DNA from: an uncultured Prevotellaceae bacterium
GTDB taxonomy: Bacteria; Bacteroidota; Bacteroidia; Bacteroidales; UBA932
Reading direction: 5' to 3'
Assembly (NCBI GenBank): GCA_947166905.1
Contig: CAMVFZ010000010.1
Span: forward strand, 1,905-65,904
DNA length: 64,000 bases
Positions 57,793-64,000 of this stretch are shown here, piece by piece (the first letter of the stretch is position 1; the number at the start of each line of letters is the position of its first letter). A program made the translations under genes and the position numbers. The notes beneath the pieces are model-generated. The model saw nothing but the letters and a program-made list of their open reading frames with translations, had not been told where the DNA came from and ran no database searches.

Positions 57793-59157
57793 ATGGCATC
57801 AGTGACGCTCACTCTTTCGTCCAAGACGAACAAAGACACCGGCAAGGCGGAAGTCCTCCTCCGCTACCGCAATACTCGTGCGGTGGCCCTTCGCGGCCAC
57901 TCCCGCACCTTCATCCTTCCCAAATTCTTCGTGAATGGGAAAATCGTCATCAAAGCCCGTGTCATCACCCCAGAAATCCAGGAAGCCCTTGATGCCAAAT
58001 CCCAGGTAGACCTCATAAGCGCCCACGTCATCGACAAAGGCAACAGCATCTCCGTAGAGGACTTCACCCAAGACTGGCTGCAGGATACCATCGACCGCTA
58101 CCTCTATCCGGAGAAATACATAGAAGATGAAGACACCGCCCTTGCGTTCCAGGACAAAACGGCCGATTATCTCAAATACACCAAACTGTCAAAAAAGAGA
58201 GAGGAAAACTACGGCATCATCTTCCAGATTGTCTATAGATACGAGATGTACTCCGGCAAACGCCTGATGCTGGACACCATGACCCCGGAAGATCTCTCCG
58301 CCATCGAAGAGTTCATGCGCACCGAACATACCCTCTTCACCGTCACCGGAAAATACTTTCACCGCAAATTCAAGCCGGTTCCGCGCTACGAATACACCTG
58401 GACGCACACCGTCCACGGTCGCGCCCCGCTTGGAAGGAGTGAGAATTCCATCGTTTATTATATGAAGGCTATCCGTGCCTACTGGCACTGGCTGCTGGAC
58501 ATGGGTTACACCACCAACAATCCCTTCAAACAATACTCCACAGGCTCCCAGAATTATGGCACGCCCTACTACCTCACCACCGAGGAAAGAGACATCTATT
58601 ACAAAGCAAAGCTGGATGACGAAGAGCTTGCTCTTGCCCGCGACATATTCGTCTTCCAGTGCTACGTCGGCTGCCGTATCAGCGACCTGTTCAACCTCAC
58701 CCCGGAAAACATAGTCAAGAGCCCCAACGGACTCTCCGTACAATACATTCCGGAGAAGACCAAGAAAGACCGCCAGCGCACCGTCAAGGTCTATCTGGCC
58801 CCCACCGCCATTGAGATTATGAAGCGGCACCAGGGCGAAGATCCGGAGCACCTCTTCCCCCGTATGCGTAACTGGAAGCTTAACACCTCCATCCGGGAAG
58901 GGCTGCATGAAGCCGGTATCGACCGCGTGGTCACCACAATCAATCCAAAGACCGGAGCCTCGGAGCAGCACCCCATTTGTGACGTAGCCAGCTCCCACAT
59001 GGCCCGCCGTACCTTCATCGGCAACCTCTACAAGAAAGTAAAAGACCCCAACCTCGTCGGAAAACTCTCCGGCCACTGCGAGGGTTCCCGTGCCTTCGCC
59101 CGCTACCGCGACATCGACGATGATATGATCAAGGAAATGACCGACCTGCTCGATTAA
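57793..59157 (+). CDS. tyrosine-type site-specific integrase (Bacteroidetes element type)
   Basis: Start moved to Met19 ('MASVTLTLSSKTNKDTGKAEVLLRY', arm-binding type N-terminus). Catalytic region 'CRISDL...', 'SSHMARRTFIGNLY' (HxxR) and 'GHCEGSRAFARYRD' (Tyr). Confidence 0.9.
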   Translation: MASVTLTLSSKTNKDTGKAEVLLRYRNTRAVALRGHSRTFILPKFFVNGKIVIKARVITPEIQEALDAKSQVDLISAHVIDKGNSISVEDFTQDWLQDTIDRYLYPEKYIEDEDTALAFQDKTADYLKYTKLSKKREENYGIIFQIVYRYEMYSGKRLMLDTMTPEDLSAIEEFMRTEHTLFTVTGKYFHRKFKPVPRYEYTWTHTVHGRAPLGRSENSIVYYMKAIRAYWHWLLDMGYTTNNPFKQYSTGSQNYGTPYYLTTEERDIYYKAKLDDEELALARDIFVFQCYVGCRISDLFNLTPENIVKSPNGLSVQYIPEKTKKDRQRTVKVYLAPTAIEIMKRHQGEDPEHLFPRMRNWKLNTSIREGLHEAGIDRVVTTINPKTGASEQHPICDVASSHMARRTFIGNLYKKVKDPNLVGKLSGHCEGSRAFARYRDIDDDMIKEMTDLLD

Positions 59158-59161
59158 AGAT

Positions 59162-60031
59162 ATGAATCCGATACTCAACTCCCTGAAGGCCCTCTCAGCG
59201 GCGGCAAACGAAGTCCTGCCGCTGCTGGAGACCCACGACTACCGCGAAGAAGCCAAGCACGTCAAGGACGCGAAACTGCCGCTGAGGATGATGCCCAAGA
59301 CCATCCAGGAAATCTTCAACTCCGTGATGCGCTACATCATCCCCGTTATGGGTGACGAAGACCCGCTTCCCGGCGACGCCCTTCTGACCAGCGACAACAT
59401 GACCATCTTCTCCGATAACCTCACCGTCACCGGAGACACACAGCTCGCCCATCAGTTCCAATTCGTCCAGATCGAGCCCATTCAAGCCGTGGCCGACGAA
59501 TTCACGGAGCTCGGCCTGCACCAGCAGGCGACGCTCCTGGAGAATGTATGCCGATTTGCCCGTAGCATCCGGCAGGCCCACAACGCCGCTCCTTTCGGCA
59601 ATACAGGGAGAGACCTCGCCCCGGTTCACTACGTCCTGGCGCTCAGTCCGGAGGAACTCAGCCAGCGGGAAGAAGAAGACAAGATGCTCTTCACCCAGTT
59701 CTGCTCCGTCTTCGTCAAGGACATTTTCTCCCTGGAGCAGAAAAAAGACCTGTACGTCGCCCTGCAGAACGTCATTGCCGATACCACCGAAAAGAAGCCC
59801 CACCTGGTGGTGATGACCGTCATTCTCCTGCTGCGCAACCGGAAGGCATACAAGAGCCCCATCCCGGGCAAGCTCAACTCCGTCCGCGAAACCGTCTTCC
59901 ATTCCCTCGGCTTAGACCCCAAGTCCTGCCATACCTACGGCGACAAGTCCATCTTGAGGGGCGGCAAACCCTCCCTTGAAAAGTACAAACCCAAAGCCGA
60001 GGACATTTTGAAATCCACAGTTGGGAACTGA
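59162..60031 (+). CDS. hypothetical protein (island-encoded)
   Basis: 289-aa ORF 4 nt after the integrase stop with the same GC3-rich codon style. No motif recognised. Confidence 0.5.
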   Translation: MNPILNSLKALSAAANEVLPLLETHDYREEAKHVKDAKLPLRMMPKTIQEIFNSVMRYIIPVMGDEDPLPGDALLTSDNMTIFSDNLTVTGDTQLAHQFQFVQIEPIQAVADEFTELGLHQQATLLENVCRFARSIRQAHNAAPFGNTGRDLAPVHYVLALSPEELSQREEEDKMLFTQFCSVFVKDIFSLEQKKDLYVALQNVIADTTEKKPHLVVMTVILLLRNRKAYKSPIPGKLNSVRETVFHSLGLDPKSCHTYGDKSILRGGKPSLEKYKPKAEDILKSTVGN

Positions 60032-60072
60032 CCCAAATTCAATTTTGGGAAACTTTGGGAAAAACCTTTGTA

Positions 60073-60101
60073 AACCGCTTGCTATCAAGCGGTTATTTTT
60101 T
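60073..60101 (+). terminator. hairpin terminator after the integrase/hypothetical pair
   Basis: 'aaccgcttg' / loop 'ctat' / 'caagcggtt', followed by 'attttttg'. Confidence 0.5.
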
Positions 60102-60159
60102 GCGTCAAAATACTTGAAAAAAGATTTTTTGGGAATTTCAAGCCCGTTTTTCAACGCCT

Positions 60160-60167
60160 TACATTTG
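60160..60167 (+). promoter_or_regulatory. -7 type promoter motif (TACATTTG) ahead of the HTH-primase-helicase operon
   Basis: Matches TAnnTTTG and lies about 115 nt upstream of the ATG at 60285. Confidence 0.3.
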
Positions 60168-60284
60168 TCATGCATTACGATGGAAACGGAAGTAAAGCAG
60201 TCGTTCCGGACGATGTAGCCACTGCCTTCAATGGCAACCGCTTTTACTGCTTTGCGGGTGGCTTAACCATTAAATCTAAGCATT

Positions 60285-60614
60285 ATGACGCAAGATTTAA
60301 TCTCCCTCGCCGAGCAGTATCCAGGCCTTACCGTCCAGATCAAGCTCGATGACCTTCTCAAAGCCGGTCGAACGCTGACCGGCGAGATCCTGGACTACAT
60401 CGCCGCCCACGGCGCCCAGGCCCCCGTACCCGCTGCGCAGCAGGACGAACTCCTCACCTCCGAGGAAGCCTGCCGCAAGCTCAGCGTCTCCAACACCACC
60501 TTGTGGCGCATGGCGCAGAGCGGACTCCTCACGCCCGTAAAAGTAGGTGTCCAGAACCGTTACCGGCTCTCCGACATCGCCGAACTCATCAGCAAAAAAG
60601 GAGGCAGAGTATGA
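60285..60614 (+). CDS. excisionase/AlpA-type helix-turn-helix DNA-binding protein
   Basis: C-terminal 'LTSEEACRKLSVSNTTLWRMAQSGLLTPVKVGVQNRYRLSDIAELI' is an HTH_17/MerR-like excisionase signature. Confidence 0.7.
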   Translation: MTQDLISLAEQYPGLTVQIKLDDLLKAGRTLTGEILDYIAAHGAQAPVPAAQQDELLTSEEACRKLSVSNTTLWRMAQSGLLTPVKVGVQNRYRLSDIAELISKKGGRV

Positions 60615-60817
60615 GAAAGCCAATGAAAGGAAGTGAGCTTATGCACCGACTCATCCTCAACGACCCCAACGACCCGTATGTCCAGCTGTTTCGCCGCTGT
60701 CCCTTCGTCCAGAACCTGATGCTCCAGCAGGGTTACATGACCCCCGACGAGCTGACGGACGAAGAGCGCGAACGCATCGGTAACATCATTGATCTGGAGG
60801 ACCTGCCCCATGACTAA
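60611..60817 (+). CDS. small hypothetical protein (68 aa)
   Basis: Internal Met37 of ORF 60503..60817. ATGA overlap with the preceding gene (60611-60614); its stop overlaps the next start by 8 nt. Confidence 0.4.
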   Translation: MRKPMKGSELMHRLILNDPNDPYVQLFRRCPFVQNLMLQQGYMTPDELTDEERERIGNIIDLEDLPHD

Positions 60818-61841
60818 GGAATACCTCCTCTCCAAGACCCTCGGAGGTGCCGATATCATCCAGCACCTCATCCGCAAGGAATTCCCGGACCACATCATGC
60901 ACGTCAAAGGCCAGGACTGTGGCGAATGCCCCGATCCGGTTTGGGCCGATGGCAGCATCATCCAGGTAACCCTGGACCGCATTCCCATTGAGGGCACCAA
61001 GATGGCCGAGTACCGCGCCCGGTATCACTATCCCGATGGCCAGATGCTGGACGGCGATGCCATCGCCCTGGCTATGGCCTACTACCACCAGCGCGGGGAG
61101 GACCTCTCCCTGGAGCAGCTCATTGCCCGCCTGGCGGAAGAACTCTACGTCAAGGAACCGCGCAAGCCCTTCTTCCAAGAGCCTGAGCCCGAGCAGGCGC
61201 CGGAGCCGAAGCCCAAAACGCCGGAAATCCCGCCTTGCCCCAAGATGAGCTTCTTCCGCCGGCCCATCCGCAACACGCGCCCTTGCCGCGATGCATCCCC
61301 GCAGGATGTCTATAAGTATTTGGTGAGCGACTATGCGAAAACCAATACCGAGAAACTCCGCAGCATCAAAGACCCGAAGGAACGTAGCCGGTTCAAGTCC
61401 CAGAACTTTGATTACGTGACGCCTGGAGGAATCTTCCGCAGCCGGAAAGAATCCGACCTGGTGAAAGCCAGCGGCTATATGGTCATTGACTTCGACCACA
61501 TTTCCGACCCCGAAGGCCTGGTGCTCCTGCTGGCCAACGAAGAGAATTTCGAGACCATCCTGGCCTTCCGCTCTCCTTCCGGTGATGGCGTCAAATGGTT
61601 CGTGGCCCTGCCGCCCGATGCCAAAAAGCCCGACGGAACGCCCTTCACCTACGGCGAGTTCTTCACCATTCTCAGTAACTATGTCCGCCATGCCTACGGC
61701 TACGAAGCAGACCCTTCCGGCAAAGACATCTGCCGTGCGTGCTTCCTTCCGTACGACCCGGACGCATTCCTCAATCCGTTTTACCTCGAAGACAATTATG
61801 AATACGACATCTCAAGATTTCTTGATGGATCTGCTGAGTGA
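60810..61841 (+). CDS. BT4734/VirE_N-like primase domain protein
   Basis: Start at Met8 (ATG 60810). The C-terminal half 'ASGYMVIDFDHISDPEGL...AFRSPSGDGVKWFVALP...DPSGKDICRACFLPYD' fits the recalled BT4734-like N-terminal (primase-like) domain of Bacteroides element replication proteins. Confidence 0.65.
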   Translation: MTKEYLLSKTLGGADIIQHLIRKEFPDHIMHVKGQDCGECPDPVWADGSIIQVTLDRIPIEGTKMAEYRARYHYPDGQMLDGDAIALAMAYYHQRGEDLSLEQLIARLAEELYVKEPRKPFFQEPEPEQAPEPKPKTPEIPPCPKMSFFRRPIRNTRPCRDASPQDVYKYLVSDYAKTNTEKLRSIKDPKERSRFKSQNFDYVTPGGIFRSRKESDLVKASGYMVIDFDHISDPEGLVLLLANEENFETILAFRSPSGDGVKWFVALPPDAKKPDGTPFTYGEFFTILSNYVRHAYGYEADPSGKDICRACFLPYDPDAFLNPFYLEDNYEYDISRFLDGSAE

Positions 61842-63624
61842 GGGCGACAAGCCCTCCTCCCAGCAGGCCCAGGCTCCTGTCAACCATCCCTCCGCCCCGG
61901 TGCCCTCCACGGACACCGGAGCCCGGGTGGAAGCCCTAATCGCCGCTCTGAAAGCCGCCGGTACGGACATCACCGCCGACTACAACGACTGGCTCAAGGT
62001 GGGCTTTGCCCTGGCCGGAGAGTTCGGTGAATCCGGGCGTAGATACTTCCACGCCATCAGCTCCCTCTACCCGGGGTATGACCAGGCCGAAAGTGACACT
62101 AAGTACACCGAGTGCCTGAAATCAGACTCCGGCAGGACGGATATAAGTACCCTCTTCTATCTTGCGAAAAATCAGGGTGTTACCCTCGAACGACCCGCGA
62201 ACGCGCCGGGAACGAGCCACGACATACCACGCAAAAAAGGTCAAAGTGACAAAAATGTCCCTTTGTCCCTTTTGGAAGATGACCCAGAAGAAATGCCGCT
62301 CTTGCCGGTGTTCCCCGAGTCCATCTTCCCGTCTCTTCCCAGCCTGCTCAAAGAAGTCACGGATCTGATGATTACCGACCAGGAACGCAGCCTTGTTCTC
62401 ATCGGAAGCATCGCAACAATCAGTTCAGCCCTGCTGCCCTTCAGAACCGTGTATTTCGGCAAGACCATTTATCCCAACATGTATTTGTTTGTTCCCGGTC
62501 CCGCAGGTGCTGGCAAGGGAAAGCTCGACTTCTGCCTGCGGCTGGTCATGCCCATTCACAAGGAAAAGTTGGAGCGCTGGAACACGGCCAAAGACGAATA
62601 CCGCAAGGAGTACGCCCGTTACAAACGTCAGAAAAAAGGTGAGAACATCGACCCGCCGGAGAAACCTCCCATCCAAATGCTTCGTGTTCCGGCCAACAGT
62701 TCCGCCACCTCGTTCGCGCAAGCAATGGCGGAGAACGGCAACCTACTGATGTTTGAGACCGAGGGCGACACCGTGGTCAATTCATTCTCCAGCGATTTCG
62801 GCAACTACAGCGATTCGTTCCGCAAGGCCTTTGCCCACGAGAGTTTCGGGTATTTGCGCCGCGGAGACGACGGAGAAGAGAAGGAAATCGACAATCCGCG
62901 CCTTTCCACGGTTTTGTCGGGCACGCCGGAGCAAGTGAAATCGCTCATCAGAGATGCCGAAAACGGGCTCCTTTCACGGTTCATGTTTTTCTGCATCAAC
63001 GCCACGCCCGAGTGGATGGACGGTTTCGATTCCTATGGTAGCGACGCTCCGCTGGAAGATACCTTTAACGCCATCGGTGCCAGGTTCTGCGCCTTCGCCA
63101 AGACTTTGGAGAACACGCCAACGATCCGGTTCAGTCTCTCGCTCCCGCAGATTGGCAAGTTCAACGATTTCTTCAAGGCCGAGAAGCAGCGGATGCAGGA
63201 TGTCAATGGCGACCGCTATTCTGCCAGCTCCCACCGCTTGGCCTGGTGCTTCCTGCGGGTTGCGATGGTGCTTACGGCGCTGCGAATGATGGATTCCGGT
63301 GACGTGAGGGAAACAGTTGAATGTGCGGACGTTGACTTCGACGCCACCCTGGAGATCATCCGCGTGATTTCGGTCCACAACGACTACATTTTCAACGTTC
63401 TTGACCGGGAGCGACCGGAGGGAATCGCTGTGGCCGACTCTTATTCTGCCGCCACCAGGAAGACGATTCTGGCTGCACTTCCGGGGTACTTCAAGACAGA
63501 CGATATGAAGGATGTGGCCCGGAAGGTTGGTAAGACGTTGCGAACGGTTCGGAGGCAGGTCGCGCGGGCCATCCAGGCCGGAGAGGTTCTGCAGGTCAAG
63601 CACGGCGAGTACAAAAAGATTTGA
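61798..63624 (+). CDS. PriCT-2 + DUF3987 (P-loop helicase-like) replication protein
   Basis: Start at Met105 of ORF 61486..63624 (ATG 61798). 'DYNDWLKVGFALAGEFGESGRRYFHAISS...TDISTLFYLAKNQGV' is PriCT-2-like. Walker A 'VPGPAGAGKGKL' sits within a DUF3987-like body. Confidence 0.72.
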   Translation: MNTTSQDFLMDLLSEGDKPSSQQAQAPVNHPSAPVPSTDTGARVEALIAALKAAGTDITADYNDWLKVGFALAGEFGESGRRYFHAISSLYPGYDQAESDTKYTECLKSDSGRTDISTLFYLAKNQGVTLERPANAPGTSHDIPRKKGQSDKNVPLSLLEDDPEEMPLLPVFPESIFPSLPSLLKEVTDLMITDQERSLVLIGSIATISSALLPFRTVYFGKTIYPNMYLFVPGPAGAGKGKLDFCLRLVMPIHKEKLERWNTAKDEYRKEYARYKRQKKGENIDPPEKPPIQMLRVPANSSATSFAQAMAENGNLLMFETEGDTVVNSFSSDFGNYSDSFRKAFAHESFGYLRRGDDGEEKEIDNPRLSTVLSGTPEQVKSLIRDAENGLLSRFMFFCINATPEWMDGFDSYGSDAPLEDTFNAIGARFCAFAKTLENTPTIRFSLSLPQIGKFNDFFKAEKQRMQDVNGDRYSASSHRLAWCFLRVAMVLTALRMMDSGDVRETVECADVDFDATLEIIRVISVHNDYIFNVLDRERPEGIAVADSYSAATRKTILAALPGYFKTDDMKDVARKVGKTLRTVRRQVARAIQAGEVLQVKHGEYKKI

Positions 63625-63632
63625 CCGAAAGG

Positions 63633-63672
63633 AGCCCCGGGCGGCAGTTCGGGGTTTTCCTTTTTGCTTGAT
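63633..63672 (+). terminator. short GC hairpin plus T-rich tail after the helicase gene
   Basis: 'ccccg' (63635-63639) pairs with 'cgggg' (63650-63654), followed by 'ttttcctttttg'. Confidence 0.35.
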
Positions 63673-63781
63673 TTATTGTAAGTTGAGTGTACGGCAGACA
63701 CTTTAAATTTTATAATTGAGAGAAAATGAGTAAATTTGTTGGTTTAATGGGATATTATTCCCCAGAGAGAAGCAAGACACC

Positions 63782-64000
63782 ATGGCTAAAATAGTGAATC
63801 GTCAAAAGACGTATACTTTCATTGACCTATTCGCAGGCTGCGGAGGGTTAAGCGAGGGTTTTATCGAGACAGGCCGGTTCAAATCATTAGGCCATGTGGA
63901 ATGGGAAAAGCCGATGGTTGATACTTTACGTCACAGGCTTGTGTCCAAATGGGGCTTCTCGGAAGACCAGGCAAAAAAAGATGTGATTCTTTTTGACATA
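63782..64000 (+). CDS. DNA (cytosine-5)-methyltransferase, N-terminal 73 codons (continues beyond the window)
   Basis: Hand translation gives 'MAKIVNRQKTYTFIDLFAGCGGLSEGFIETGRF...'. Motif I is 'DLFAGCGGLSEGF'. It is absent from the ORF track because no stop codon falls in the window. Confidence 0.8.
   Translation, partial: MAKIVNRQKTYTFIDLFAGCGGLSEGFIETGRFKSLGHVEWEKPMVDTLRHRLVSKWGFSEDQAKKDVILFDI

Larger units (their letters stand above)
57591..64000 (+). mobile_element. integrative island (tyrosine integrase + excisionase-like HTH + primase/helicase module + cargo); right end beyond the window
   Basis: It starts where the NUDIX reading frame loses similarity. The integrase sits at the edge with all genes co-oriented, and core genes are GC3-rich (spot counts ~60% G+C). 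An AT-rich junction lies at 57.60-57.79 kb and a second compositional break at about 63.63 kb. Confidence 0.7.

Noticed and set aside
60170-60352. A 60-aa ORF in the island's 250-nt intergenic leader, overlapping the HTH gene start.
   Set aside because: Its ATG sits 3 nt after the putative -7 promoter motif and so would not be transcribed from it. It overlaps the better-supported HTH gene out of frame and has no recognisable features.
58189-61691. Very long minus-strand ORFs across the island (58189-59178, 59195-59902, 60786-61691, 62974-63603).
   Set aside because: They mirror the plus-strand integrase, primase and helicase genes, which have clear catalytic motifs. They are rich in G/V/E/D/L as expected for the antisense frame of GC3-biased genes, and the island's terminators and promoters are all plus-strand oriented.
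1-64000. A search by eye for tRNA, rRNA, tmRNA, CRISPR repeats, IS-element terminal inverted repeats and transposase genes.
   Set aside because: None was recognised. Every intergenic region longer than 100 nt is accounted for by promoters, terminators, the GH3 flank repeat or the island junction. A covariance-model scan (tRNAscan-SE/Infernal) would be needed to exclude small RNAs formally.

Overview
This is a 64 kb chromosomal segment that looks like Bacteroidota (Bacteroidales-like). The lineage call rests on dense gene packing, recurrent TAnnTTTG (-7 type) promoter motifs, TonB-dependent and BlaR1-TonB_C outer-membrane gene sets, and DUF4783 and DUF3127 neighbours. All family calls come from reading motifs in the supplied translations; no similarity search was run.

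About 85% of the window is ordinary housekeeping: prs, der, rlmH, efp, ispH, cmk, dnaX, lptB, metG, dnaG, recQ, miaA, serC and serA, plus transport and regulatory genes.

Three stretches stand out:
1. An AT-rich 1.7 kb islet (10.1-11.8 kb) carries an overlapping gene pair. One gene is DUF3990-like with PARP/ART-like H-Y-E motifs, and the other is an XRE-HTH partner. This is a candidate toxin-antitoxin or conflict module.
2. A glycoside hydrolase family 3 (GH3) gene has a collapsed 'ghost' copy 6.5 kb away in inverted orientation. The ghost keeps the 5' flank, 12 nt of 5' UTR and the last ~38 nt of the ORF. The two copies bracket a housekeeping block and share a perfect 33-nt core.
3. An integrase-led integrative island starts at about 57.6 kb inside a truncated NUDIX (mutT-like) gene. 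It carries a satellite-like module of excisionase-type HTH, BT4734/VirE_N-like primase and PriCT-2/DUF3987 helicase. After a compositional break at 63.6 kb, a DNA cytosine-5 methyltransferase runs off the window; this is probably the start of a restriction-modification (R-M) or defence cargo.

Secondary oddities:
- A sigma-54 enhancer-binding (EBP-type) response regulator has no DNA-binding domain and a GSFTSA loop.
- A 1179-aa sensor kinase has many transmembrane segments.
- A DUF1015 protein has an 8-Cys insertion.
- A five-gene blaI/blaR1(TonB_C)-TPR-OMP-S41 operon is present.
- An ABC-2/HlyD/TolC efflux operon has no ATPase gene.

No rRNA, tRNA or CRISPR array was recognised.
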